Source: an uncultured Methanomicrobiaceae archaeon | GTDB taxonomy: Archaea; Halobacteriota; Methanomicrobia; Methanomicrobiales; Methanoculleaceae | Assembly: GCA_963826525.1 (NCBI GenBank) | Contig: CAWGXH010000004.1 | Span: 1,024,001-1,088,000, forward strand | DNA: 64,000 nucleotides | Direction of reading: 5' to 3' | Shown: positions 8,852 to 20,095 of the stretch, in pieces | Layout: each line of letters begins with the position of its first letter | Position numbering within the stretch: position 1 is the stretch's first letter | The notes under the pieces: model-generated | What the model was told of the DNA's origin: nothing | The model's database searches: none | The model's input: only the letters and a program-made list of their open reading frames with translations | Made by a program: the position numbers and the translations under genes

Positions 8852-11058
8852 ATGCGAACATCCGGCAATATTACCATCAGGGGTATCGTTCAGGGTGTCG
8901 GATTCCGCCCCTTTGTCTATGCGAAGGCGCATGAATACGGCATGCGCGGAACGGTCAAAAACCTCGGGAGCGAGGTTGAAATTGCGGCGTACGGTGAGCG
9001 GTTCGAGGATTTCCTCCGCGCTGTCACCGGGGGACGCCGCTCTCGCGTATCGATTCGGTCGAGGTGACCCCTCTCGTCGGGGAACCCCCGGCAGGGTTCA
9101 CGATTCTTGAGAGCGGGGCTGGGAGCCATTCCGGTTTCATTCCGACCGACGTCGCCGTCTGCGACGAGTGCATTGCCGACATAACCGCTCCCGGCGGCCG
9201 CTATGAAGGATACTGGGCGACGTCCTGTGTGAACTGCGGCCCCCGCTATAGTATCATCACCGCCATCCCCTATGATCGCGAACGGACGAGTATGGACGTA
9301 TTTCCTATCTGCTCGCCCTGTGAGCGGGAGTATACCGAGCCTTCCTGTCGGCGGCATCACGCCCAGACGATCGCCTGCGCCGACTGCGGGCCGCAGGCTC
9401 TCATTGATGAGATCCGACGGGACGGCGGTTCCGACGGCTGATCCGATCCGGGAGACGGCCGCACTCCTCGATGCCGGAGCGATCGTCGCCGTCCGCGGCA
9501 TCGGGGGTTTCCACATCGCCTGCATCGAGGAGTCGGCATGGGCGCTGAAGCGGCGGCTCGGGAGAACGGAGCAGCCGCTCGCCGTGATGGCCACCCCGGA
9601 AGAGGCCGAGCGGATAGCCGTGATATCGGATGATGAACGGGAGCAACTCGTCTCCCGGGAGCGGCCGATCGTCGTTCTGCGGAAGCGTGACCCTGACGCT
9701 CACGTCTCCATCAGCAATCTGCACACTATCGGGATCATGCTCCCCTACACCGGACTCCATCACCTCCTCTTTGCGGCGCTCTCCCACCCGCTCCTGATCA
9801 TGACGAGCGCGAACCTGCCCGGGTACCCGATGATAACCGATCTCGGCCAGGCACTCGAGCGGCTCTCCGGCCAGGTGGACTATATCCTCACCCATGATCG
9901 CCGGATCGTCAACCGTTGCGACGACTCTGTCGTCCGCGACGGTTTTCTCATCCGGCTCTCCCGTGGCTTTGCCCCGAAGAGGATGGCGATCGACCTTGGC
10001 GAGCGGTGCATCCTCGGTGTCGGGCCAGAGCTGAACGCGAATATTACTATCTACCGGAGCGGCTTTGCCGTCACGTCGCCGCACGTGGGGAACGTCCGGA
10101 ACCCCTCGACGCTCGCCTATCTGCAGGAGACGGTGGAGAAGATCGGGGGCATCGTCGGTGCACGCTACGACCGGATCGTCCACGACCTTCACCCGCAGTT
10201 CCTCTCCACCCGTTACGCCCGCGAGCTCTCCGAGGCTACGGGCGCCGAGCTCCTCGCCGTCCAGCACCACCGGGCGCATATCGCCGCAACGACACGCGAG
10301 GAGTGTGTCGGGATCGCCATCGACGGCGTGGGTTATGGAGACGACGGGACGATCTGGGGGGGGAGATCTTCGCCGGGTGTGTGCCCGACTACGACCGGGT
10401 CGGGCACCTCGAGGTCGCCCTGATGCCGGGCGGCGATCTTGCCACCCGGTTCCCGGAGCGGATGCTCTATGGCATCCTGCCGACGGATGAGATCCGCGAC
10501 CTGCTCGCCTCCCGGGGCTGGAGTGAAGTCGAACTTGCGGTGCTCGAAAAGCAGGTGACGAAACGGTTCAACGTCGCGGAGACGAGCAGCACCGGCCGCG
10601 TCCTCGACGCCGCATCGGCGCTCCTCGGGCTCTGCCGGGAGCGGACGTACGACGGTGAACCCGCGGTGAAGCTCGAGTCGGCCGCCTCCCGGGGGTCTGC
10701 GGCGGCCTGGGATCTTGCGTTCAGCTCGCGGGGCGGCCGGGAGGCCTTCTCCACCCGCTCGCTCCTCGCCGAGGCGTACCGGCGGATGCAGGCGGGCGAA
10801 CGGACTGTCGATATCGCCGCATCGGTGCAGTACAACCTCGCCCGGGGCGTCGCGGTGATGGCGGTCCGTGCTGCGGACGAGCGGGGTATCCCGCGGGTGG
10901 CGCTCTCGGGCGGCGTCGCCTACAACCACGCCATCCGGGAGGCGATCCGGCAGGAGATCCTGGCTGCCGGGCTCGAGTACGTCATCAATAAGGACTACCC
11001 CCTCGGCGACGGGTGCATCTCCTACGGGCAGGTCGTCTGCGGGGGAAGTGTGGAGTAA
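8852..11058 (+). CDS. hypF: [NiFe]-hydrogenase maturation carbamoyltransferase (three apparent frameshifts)
   Basis: GIVQGVGFRPFVY acylphosphatase motif, CxxC zinc fingers (CVNCGPRYSII), DLHPQF, QHHRAH, DGVGYG, SGGVAYN, GDGCISYGQ. Confidence 0.95.
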
Positions 11059-11493
11059 CGCCTCCAGTGGTATCTTCTTCGGAAGTGAGTGATTGTATTC
11101 CCCGCCGTTTCACGTTCACTCGCGGGAATCAGGAACGGTCGGAAGAGCATGATCCCTGCGTATCGTTCCTGATGTTCCTGCCCGACTTTCGACAGTCGTG
11201 CGTTGTGGAACAGTCCTGCATGCAGGGTGTGTCTCTCACCTCCCCTCTTTTGTGTTTGACCTCTCCCCAAGTAAGGTCATGTATCCTCTTACGGCATTAT
11301 TTTGGATAATTTTCGAAATGGTCTGTAGATGCGGCCAGGAGAAAAGAGAAATCGTTTTACCTTGAGTATCTCAATACTCTGAAACTGAGCACCTCCCGCA
11401 TGGTTTCGGGCGCACATGCCGCATCAGGCCCGGCAACCCGGCCATTTTGCTGCGGGGGTCGCGCCGGCTCTCTTCCTGAAGGTGATGTATTGA

Positions 11494-13742
11494 ATGATAC
11501 GCAATGCTAATTTCTCTCTGCTGTGCACACTCACGTTTGCAGTTCTCATCGGTGTGACGGGGACACTCTCCGCCGCCCCCGTCGGTTCCACCGGAGGCCC
11601 GGCGGACGGTCAGCTCATGCCGGTCAATCCGGCGTTCGCGTCTCTTCCCGAAGAGCAGACCGCGCTATCCGGTACCCCTGCCTGCGGGTATGTCCCGTCG
11701 CCGGTCTCCTTTGACGATCTCAGTCCGCAGGTCGCCTCGATGGGCGCCTCCGCCATGGAAGCACTCCCGAGTTCCTTCGATCTCCGGGAAGAAGGGCGGG
11801 TGACCCCTGTCCGGAACCAGGGGGACGCGGGAACCTGCTGGGCGTTTGCCACCTATTCGTCCCTCGAATCCGTCCTGATGCCGGAGAACGAGTACGATTT
11901 TTCCGAGAACAATATGAAGGATCTTCTGTCGTCGGACTACCCGGAAGGGTTTGACCGGAGTTTCGACGGTGGTGGAGACGGGATCATGTCCCTCGCCTAC
12001 CTTGCCCGGTGGACAGGCCCGGTCATGGAGCAGGACGATCCCTACTCTCCGACCTCCCCGATATCGCCGACAGATCTGCCGCCGGTCGTCCACGTGCAGA
12101 ACGTTTTGTTCCTGCCGAATATGACCGACGCCGGGGCGGAGCCGGCGATAAAAGAGGCCGTGATGGAGCACGGTGCGGTTTTTACCGAGCTGTACTGGAC
12201 GAATACTGCCTGGAATGCAACGAATAACGCCTATTATTATGCCGGTTCCGCCGAGCCCAATCATGCAGTCGCAATCGTCGGGTGGGACGATTCCTTCAGC
12301 CGGGATGCCTTCAATCAGACTCCCGCCGGCGACGGCGCCTGGATCCTAAAAAACAGTTGGGGAACCAATTTTGGTGACGGCGGCTACTTTTACCTGTCCT
12401 ACGACGATACCCGGCTCGGCAGCATGTGGCAGGCTGTGTATACCGCAGAACCGGCAGATACCTACGATGGGATCTACCAGTACGATCCCCTCGGCATGTG
12501 CGGAAAGTTCGGATACAACGCCGCTACGGCCTGGTTCGCCAACGTCTTCACTGTTGCTGCCGACGAAGACCTCCGGGCGGTGAGTTTCTACGCCCCCCAG
12601 TACTCCTCGGACTATGAGCTCCCGTGTGTACACATCTCCTACCGGAGGGCCGGAGAACGCCGCCGGCCCCGTAGCAATGCAGACCGGGACAGTCGATGAG
12701 CCCGGCTATCGCACCGTCCCTCTCCAGGCGGCGGTTCCGCTGCAGCAGGGGGAGTGCTTCTCGGTCGTGGTGAAGCTCACCGCTCCCGGTGTGACCAAAC
12801 CGGTTGCAATTGAATACCCGATTGCGGGCTACTCGAGCAAGGCCTCGGCAAATCCCGGCGAGAGTTACGTCAGCAGCGACGGTGAAACCTGGCAGGATCT
12901 CACCACCCGTAACGGTCTTGACGAGGCCAATGTCTGCCTCAAAGCGTTCACGACCCTCACGGCCGTCCCGGTGGCAAACTTCACCGCGAACGTCACCAGC
13001 GGCACCGCCCCGCTCGCGGTGCAGTTCACCGACACCTCGACGGGCAGCCCGACGACGTGGGCGTGGGACTTCGGTGATACCACCACCTCCACGGAGCAGC
13101 ACCCCGTCCACACCTACACGGCGGCGGGCACCTACTCTGTGAACCTGACGGTCACCAATGCCGGCGGCAGCGATTCCCTGGTAAAGGCGGATTCCATCAC
13201 CGTCACTGCCGCCGCACCGCTCGTCACCGATCCCGCGGCGACGCCCGCCGTCATTCCGACCGATACCGACGGCACCCCCGGAGCGGGTGAGACCACCGTG
13301 CTCTCCGTGGCGGTGGCCGGCGCGAATATCGCATCGGTGACGGTGAATCTCTCCGCGATCGGCGGGTCGTCCGTAACGCCGATGACCGATGCCGGGGACG
13401 GCACCTGGACGATGAACGCCACAGCCACTTTATCTTCGCGGTTTGAAGATGGCGTCTACCTACCGGTGCTCCTCGCCGTGAACGCGACCGATGCAGACGG
13501 CCTCAGCAACACCTCGGTCTCGATCCCGCTCACGGTCGTGAAGAACGGGGATGCGAACGAGGATAACCGGGTCACACTCTACGACGCCGTCTACACCGCC
13601 CGGCACCTCCTCAAATCCGAGGGCTACCCGATGACCGAGAGCGTCGGACTGGTCTCGGGCGGCGATGCCCTCTCGCTCGCCGATGCGATGTACCTCGCAA
13701 AGCACCTCCTCGGCATCCCCGGGTTTGAGCAGGCTCCACTGA
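11494..13742 (+). CDS. secreted papain-family (C1A) cysteine protease with lectin-like, PKD and dockerin-like domains (frameshifts near 12620 and 13730)
   Basis: Signal peptide; QGDAGTCWAF (Cys), NHAVAIVGW (His), KNSWG (Asn); IYQYDPLG lectin-like start; PKD WAWDFGD; C-terminal GDANEDNRVTLYDAVY repeat. Confidence 0.9.
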
Positions 13743-13939
13743 CCCTGCGGAGAGTGTCCCGGCAGTCCTCTCCTCTCTTTTCAGACCGGCATCGGGTCGA
13801 TTGGACGATCCCTCGTCCAGGGGAGGGCGATGCCACGTATATTCCCACCATCTCTCACGGCGTATCCGGAGAATCACCTCTCACCTTCATCGTCAGGTCA
13901 TCCACACCCTTCATCTCTCACGAGACCAACCCTTACAGC

Positions 13940-14494
13940 ATGACAGAGGGTCTCCTCCTCGTCGACATCCAGAACGACTACTTCCCGGGCGGGGCAAAGG
14001 AACTCGCGGGCATGGAACCGGCTGCCATGAACGCCGCCCGCCTCCTCTCCGCCTTCAGGGAGTCCGGCCGCCCGGTGATCTTCGTCCGCCATATCTCCGC
14101 ACGGCCCGGAGCCGCATTCTTCCTGCCCGGTACGCGGGGTGCGGAGATTCACGGCAGGGTCAGCCCTCTGCCCCGGGAGCCGGTGGTCGAAAAAAGCCGT
14201 CCGAACAGTTTCCTCGACACCGATCTCTCCGCGACCCTTGCAGCGCAGGGAGTGACGGTTCTTGTGATCTGCGGTGCGATGAGCCACATGTGCATCGATG
14301 CCACGACCCGTGCCGCCCGTGACCTCGGGTACTCCTGCACGGTGATCGCCGACGGATGCGCTGCCTCCGACCTGACCTTCGGCGGGGTCGTGGTGCCGGC
14401 CGGCACGGTTCATGCCGCATTTATGGCCGCACTCGACGGAACCTATGCCCGGGTGACGACGACCGGGGAGTACCTGCGCCTTTTAACCCGTTGA
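13940..14494 (+). CDS. cysteine hydrolase (isochorismatase family)
   Basis: LLLVDIQNDYF, VVEKSRPNSF, GAMSHMCIDAT (D-K-C triad). Confidence 0.9.
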   Translation: MTEGLLLVDIQNDYFPGGAKELAGMEPAAMNAARLLSAFRESGRPVIFVRHISARPGAAFFLPGTRGAEIHGRVSPLPREPVVEKSRPNSFLDTDLSATLAAQGVTVLVICGAMSHMCIDATTRAARDLGYSCTVIADGCAASDLTFGGVVVPAGTVHAAFMAALDGTYARVTTTGEYLRLLTR

Positions 14495-14567
14495 ATCCCG
14501 CTTCTCCGACCGAAACGATACTTTTATCCTCGCCCTGCCGCATCTCCTGGTACAGGAGTATGATTTC

Positions 14568-15243
14568 GTGAAAGTCCTCGGATTGAATGCAAGCCCAAGG
14601 GGAAAGGAGAGCCGGACGTTACGCCTCGTCGACGCCGTCCTGCAGGGTGCCCGGGAGGAAGGAGCGAAGACCGAGAGTATCGATCTCTACACGCTCCGCA
14701 TCGAGGACCTGTACCGCGTGCGGTTCCTGTTATGCAACAGGCGACTGCAGCCTGATGGACGACTTCCCGGACCTCTTCGACGCCATCCTCGACGCCGACG
14801 GGATTGTCCTCGGCTCGCCGAACTACATCGATTCGGTCACCGCCCCGTTAAAGGCGGTCTTCGATCGCATGGCGGACGCCATCCACTGCCAGATGCTTAC
14901 CGGCAAGTTCGGGTGCTCCGTCTGCACTGCGGGCGGGAGTAACCAGGATGAGGTCGTCGCCTACATGAACCACGTCCTGACCGTCCTCGGGGCGACTGCG
15001 GTCGGCGGGATCGGCGTCGCCGTCGGGAGGGATCCGGCCGCGCTCGGGAAGGCCGAGGAAGAGGCCGCCCGCCTCGGGAGGAGGCTGGCCAGGTCGATCC
15101 GGGGCGAATACCAGTACCCCGAGCAGGAGGAGATCCACCGGCAGCGGCGGGAGTACTTCCGCCAGCTCGTCATGGCGAATCGGGACCTCTGGCGCCATGA
15201 GTATGACTGGTATGTCACGATGGGCTGGATCAAGGAGGAGTGA
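14568..15243 (+). CDS. flavodoxin-like iron-sulfur flavoprotein (frameshift near 14705)
   Basis: MKVLGLNASPR start; CTACGSCYATGDC cluster motif; ADGIVLGSPNY. Confidence 0.88.
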
Positions 15244-15649
15244 AGCGACAACATCCGGCAGATCTGCGCCCGTCCACGCGAAGAGGCATCTATCAGTCAC
15301 CCCCCGCGGGTTTGCCGGTTCCTGCAAGATCGGGCGGTATGGTTAACGCCGCCCCGTGTGCCGTCGGTCGGGCAGTGCTCCGCCGCGTTTCTCATTTTCA
15401 CTGCCGCCTGCATTCCCGGATAGACTGGAGTCGGGAGTGACTCATGAGGACAGAACCGTCAGAGACGATCGAAAGAAAAACCTTCACGGTACCTGTGACA
15501 GGGGTGCGGTCCTCACAGAAAACAGGCGAGATCGCTCTGGTACATCCGTCGTGCATCGCGTGCGCTCCGGCACTGACGGAAAAAGATGCTCATTACGTTC
15601 TGAACCGGGCTCTCTGACCCGGATATTGAATGCGATAAAAAGAAAGGAT

Positions 15650-15958
15650 TTAGCCGAAGAGGGCTCCGAGACCGGCCATGCCGCCCTCTTCGTCCTCTTT
15701 CTCCTCTTCCTTCTCTTCTTCCTCTGCGGGTGCGGCTGCTGCGGGTGCAGCGGCTGCTACGGGTGCGGCAGCGACCGGCGCGACGGCGGCCTTGCTGATG
15801 GCCTCCTCGATGTTCACGCCGTCAAGGGCTGCGACGAGCGCCTTGACACGGGAGTCGTTGACTGCGATACCGGCTGCGGACAGAACTGCGGTTACGTTCT
15901 CTTCGCTGATTTCCTTACCTGCGCTGTTCAGGAGCAGTGCAGCATAGATGTACTCCAT
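15650..15958 (-). CDS. rpl12p: 50S ribosomal protein P1 (L12)
   Basis: [10 protein letters not shown] start, Ala-rich hinge, acidic tail [10 protein letters not shown]. Confidence 0.97.
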   Translation of the reverse strand: MEYIYAALLLNSAGKEISEENVTAVLSAAGIAVNDSRVKALVAALDGVNIEEAISKAAVAPVAAAPVAAAAPAAAAPAEEEEKEEEKEDEEGGMAGLGALFG

Positions 15959-15998
15959 GTTTTCTTCACCTCAAATTTGTGTAGATGTTATGTCGGGG

Positions 15999-17022
15999 TT
16001 ACCCGAAGAGGGCTCCAAGGCCGGCCATGCCGCCCTCTTCGTCCTCTTTTTCTTCTTCCTCTTCCTCTTCTTTCTCTTCCGCCTGTGCGGCAGGTGCTTC
16101 TGCTACGGCTGCGGGCGCTGCGGAGACAGCTCGCTGCGGCCTTGCGGGTTGCCTCATCGAGTTCGTATCCGGACTCGGATGCTGCAAGTGCGACCGTCAG
16201 CATCTCGCGGAATGCCCGTCCGATGATGAGGTCGGCGATATCCTTCTCGTAGATGCTCGCCTCGACACCGAGACTCCGCGCCTCACGCACTGCCTTGCTG
16301 ATGATGGCGCTGATGGTCACCGGCGTCGGGATGGCAGCATTCACCGAGAGGTTGAACGCCTGCTGTGCCGCGAGAACGACATTGTTGTAGTACTGCTCCT
16401 CGTCGATTGCAAGGAGGTCGGGCGTGAAGATCGACTCTTTGTAGTATGCAGCCTGTAGGATGAGACCGACATCCATCGGCTTGATACTGAGTTTGACGAG
16501 CGCTTCGGCCAGCTTCTTGTTGATGACCTGGCCCTTCTTCACAACCGTCTTCGTCTCGCGGATCTTGACCTTACCACCTTCGATGGCGGCGGGGATACCT
16601 ACCTGCTGGAGCTCGCCGACGATAGGACCCGGCTTGAAGCTCGTTGGGCCTTTCGGGACGATAATGTCCTCAGGTGCAGTCTCACCCGGCTTTGCAGCCA
16701 TCTTGGTCTTGGTCTGTTCAAGCAGCTTGAACAACTTGAATGGATTCTCGTTGGTAAAGATCAGTGCGCTCTGGCCGGAGAGGTGACCTTTCAGGTCTTC
16801 GATCTCCTCTCCCATCTCCGCCATGGCGTGCTCGATGAGGGTGTTACGGGTCATCTTGACTGTGGCAATCCCGCGCAGATTCTTCCTTATCTGCTGAATC
16901 TGGCTTGCGGGAATACCATACATGTCAACGAGTCCGACGACCTCGTGCTCCTCGGAGCATCGCCTGATCTCTGCAACTTCGTTCTTCTTCCACTGCGGCA
17001 GATGCCTCGTATACACTGCCAT
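15999..17022 (-). CDS. rplP0: 50S ribosomal protein P0 (uL10); frameshift near 16130
   Basis: LPQWKKNEV, KMTRNTLI, GPTSFKPGP; acidic tail [10 protein letters not shown] lies in the alternate frame ending at 15999. Confidence 0.95.
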
Positions 17023-17663
17023 CAGATCAACCTCACTGCCGGGCCCATCGTCGTCTTCACGTAGACCGAACGAATATTCATGGTACCGCCTTCCAGGACA
17101 CTCTCGACCCTGCGCAGGATAGCATCGACATTCTCTGCGATCTGCTCGGGCTGCATGTCGGTCTCGCCGACCTTGCTGTGGAAGGTCTTCTTATCCTTCG
17201 TCCGGATCTTAACGGAACTGCGAAGACGCTGGACAATCGGCCGTATATCCGCTCCCGGGGGAATCGGCATGGGCATTCTTCCGCGGGGACCCAGTCTGAC
17301 ACCAAGATAACGACCGACGAGCGGCATGACTGCCGTCTCTGCAAGGAAGAATCGGTATTCGTTCGCCATCTTGCGTGCTTCTCGGGGTTCGCCGCCGAGG
17401 CGCTCAATCTCATCGGGACCGATGATCAGTTCCACGCCGGCCTCTTTTGCCTGCGTGGTGATATCTCCCTTTCCGAGAACGGCGATCTTTATGTCGTTCA
17501 AACCGTTCGGAAGAAGGATCGTCTCATCGATACGGTTCTTCGGCTGAGCCATATCGATGTTTCTGAGATTGATGGTGATGTCCACACTCTCGCGGAATTT
17601 GCGAGGTGGCGCCTGCTCGATCGCCGATTTCACGGCTTCTTTTATGCTGGATCTGTCAACCAT
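17022..17663 (-). CDS. rpl1: 50S ribosomal protein L1
   Basis: RKFRESVDITINL, LGPRGRMP, YVKTTMGP. Confidence 0.97.
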   Translation of the reverse strand: MVDRSSIKEAVKSAIEQAPPRKFRESVDITINLRNIDMAQPKNRIDETILLPNGLNDIKIAVLGKGDITTQAKEAGVELIIGPDEIERLGGEPREARKMANEYRFFLAETAVMPLVGRYLGVRLGPRGRMPMPIPPGADIRPIVQRLRSSVKIRTKDKKTFHSKVGETDMQPEQIAENVDAILRRVESVLEGGTMNIRSVYVKTTMGPAVRLI

Positions 17664-17672
17664 CTCTTGCCT

Positions 17673-17703
17673 CCATAGTACGCGACCTCACGATCTTCTA
17701 TGG
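17673..17703 (-). promoter_or_regulatory. putative L1-binding autoregulatory mRNA hairpin overlapping the rpl1 SD
   Basis: Minus strand CCAUAG-AA-GAUC-GUGA-GGUC-GCGUA-CUAUGG(AGG): two helices separated by an asymmetric AA/GCGUA loop, like L1 target sites. Confidence 0.65.
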
Positions 17704-17715
17704 GTGTCTTCTTGT

Positions 17716-18193
17716 CTATTCTACGAGTACGTTGTCGTACACGCCCGCGTTGATGGCCTGAATCATTTCTTTGGGCTTCAGACCCTCAACGGTGACACCA
17801 ATGCTCACACACGTACCGACGACCTCCTTGACGGCGGACTTCATCTCGTATGAGAGCATATCGTCAAACTTCATCCGGGCGATTCTGACAGCGGCCTCGA
17901 GGGGCAGGTTACCCATATTCTGGGTATTGGGCTCTGCATACTCCCTTCGCGATACCAACCTCTTTCATGACGAGCGCCGTCGTGGGTGGAATACCCACTT
18001 CGATGGTGAAGTTCTTCTTATCATCGACGGTGACGATCACCGGCACTTGCATGCCGTTGAACTCTGCTGTCTTTTTGTTGATCTCGTCGACGACAGCCTT
18101 CACGTTGATACCGAGAGGTCCCAGTGCAGGCCCAAGCGGCGGCCCTGCTGTTGCTTTCCCGCCTGATACCAGTACCTCGACCACTTCTGCCAT
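17716..18193 (-). CDS. rpl11: 50S ribosomal protein L11 (frameshift near 17950)
   Basis: [18 protein letters not shown]; C-terminus [17 protein letters not shown] in the second frame. Confidence 0.95.
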
Positions 18194-18297
18194 AGATGTT
18201 TCACCAGCCTTTCCCACTCGGGATACTCAGCTTGGGTTAGACTAGGTCGACCTGCAGGGATTTAAAGGTATCAAAGAACTTGAAAAAAAGGGGTGTT

Positions 18298-18772
18298 TCA
18301 GGCAGCCTCTTCGCTCCGCTCAACCACGCGGACAGAGTCGCCACGCACGGTGATGGGGATAGGGATCATGCTCTCGTACAGCTCGAGCGTAATCTCTTCT
18401 TTGCCCGTGTCGATCCGTTTGACTACGGCTTTCTCGCCCTTGAAGGGGCCTGCGATGATCTCGACGATGGTACCTTCGGTGATACCGCTCACGACCGGTT
18501 TCGGCACCAGGAAATGTTCGACTTCGGAGAGGGCGGTGGCGCCCCGCACGACGGCACGCGCATGGGGAATAAGCTCGACGAGCCTGCTCCATCCTCGCGA
18601 GGGAGTCGGGACTCTCCACAAGGACGTAGCCCTTCAGTTCCTCAGGAACGATGACGGCGACGACGTGGATGTCCTTCTGTCCCTCGATCGCCTTGATGAC
18701 GTTGTCGGCGACCGTTCGCTCTTGTTTGGCCGTGGTCTTGATGGCGTAGATCTTGTTATTGTATTCCGTCAT
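18298..18772 (-). CDS. spt5: transcription elongation factor Spt5 (NusG homolog; frameshift near 18585)
   Basis: [19 protein letters not shown]; KOW motif [15 protein letters not shown]. Confidence 0.95.
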
Positions 18773-18778
18773 TGCGCA

Positions 18779-18991
18779 TCAGGCAGGCATCTGCAGGAGT
18801 ATTTCGTAGATAACAAACCCGATCAGGCCGACGAGCAGAATTCCTGCTGCTGCGACGATCGCGATCTTGGAAAACTCGTCACGCGTCGGTGTCCGTGCAA
18901 GTTTCAGTACACGCCAGTATTTTCTGAAGAGCTCTTCTTCCAGCTTTATGGATTTGATATTATCCGTGAACTTCTCTTTGTAATCCATCAT
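18779..18991 (-). CDS. secE: protein translocase subunit SecE (Sec61 gamma)
   Basis: YWRVLKLARTPTRDEF plus a C-terminal TM helix; ftsZ-secE-spt5 synteny. Confidence 0.95.
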   Translation of the reverse strand: MMDYKEKFTDNIKSIKLEEELFRKYWRVLKLARTPTRDEFSKIAIVAAAGILLVGLIGFVIYEILLQMPA

Positions 18992-18997
18992 ATCCGC

Positions 18998-20095
18998 TCA
19001 CTTCAGAAAGTCAATCTCAAACTGCTTCATCATGCGTGGCATACTCTTCTCATTTCTTCCATATATTTGTGGTGACCGGACGCCGGTCACGACGAGAAGG
19101 GTGCGCATCTTGTGCTGCATATCCGGATCGACCTGCGCTCCCCAGATTATCCGCGCATCCGGATCGATCCGATCGTAGACTTCCTGAATGACGCCTTCGG
19201 CCTCGACCATGGTCATATCGGGACCGCCGACGACATTGACGAGCGCCGCCGTCGCACCGGAGATATCCACGTCGAGCAGCGGCGACCGGAGCGCCTTCTT
19301 GACCGAGTCGGCGGCCTTGTCCTCACTGTCGCTCTCGCCCATGCCTATCATGGCGACGCCGCCGCGCTCCATGACCGTCCTGACGTCGGCGAAGTCGAGG
19401 TTGACGAGCCCCGGCATCGTGATGAGCTCGGTGATACCCTTGACCGCCCGCATCAGCACCTCGTCGGAGACCTTGAATGCGGCATGCAGAGGCAGACGGG
19501 GAACGACCTCGAGCAGGCGGTCGTTCGGCACGACGATGACGGTGTCGGCGACTTCGCGGAGGCGTTCGAGGCCTGCTTCGGCGTTCTGTGCCCGGATGGC
19601 GCCTTCTGCCGTGAACGGCAGGGTCACGACTGCGATCGTCAGGGCGCCCTCATCCCGGGCTGCCTTTGCGACTACGGGTGCCGACCCGGTGCCGGTGCCC
19701 CCGCCGAGCCCTGCCGTGATGAAGACCATATCGCACCCTTCGACGATACGCCGGACGTCGTCCTCGTTCTCGAGTGCCGCCTCTTCGCCGACCTGCGGGA
19801 TAGAGCCCGCCCCGAGCCCGCGGGTTCGCTGCCGGCCGATCAGGATCCTCGTGTCGGCGTGCGTCCGGATGAGGTGTTGCGCATCGGTGTTGAGGGCGAC
19901 GAGGCTTGCCCCATGGACGCCCTCCTCCGCCATCCGGCTGATCGTATTGGATCCGCCGCCACCGCACCCGACGACCGCGATCTCCGTCCGGAGCTCCATC
20001 AGGATCTCCTCAAGCTCCTTGTCCGTCTGTGTGGGCTCGATATACCGCTGCTCGCTTCTTGCCCGTGATAGTGCCTCTTCTACGATGGATTTCAT
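18998..20095 (-). CDS. ftsZ: cell division protein FtsZ
   Basis: [19 protein letters not shown] tubulin signature, NLDFADV. Confidence 0.98.
   Translation of the reverse strand: MKSIVEEALSRARSEQRYIEPTQTDKELEEILMELRTEIAVVGCGGGGSNTISRMAEEGVHGASLVALNTDAQHLIRTHADTRILIGRQRTRGLGAGSIPQVGEEAALENEDDVRRIVEGCDMVFITAGLGGGTGTGSAPVVAKAARDEGALTIAVVTLPFTAEGAIRAQNAEAGLERLREVADTVIVVPNDRLLEVVPRLPLHAAFKVSDEVLMRAVKGITELITMPGLVNLDFADVRTVMERGGVAMIGMGESDSEDKAADSVKKALRSPLLDVDISGATAALVNVVGGPDMTMVEAEGVIQEVYDRIDPDARIIWGAQVDPDMQHKMRTLLVVTGVRSPQIYGRNEKSMPRMMKQFEIDFLK

Noticed and set aside
12614-14494. Apparent PKD/dockerin-isochorismatase fusion ORF (626 aa)
   Set aside because: An indel near 13730 reads through the protease stop; the linker is non-coding-like and the hydrolase has its own ATG at 13940.
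15650-16080. Direct repeat of about 70 bp
   Set aside because: It is the known shared acidic C-terminus of ribosomal proteins P0 and P1, not a mobile or CRISPR repeat.
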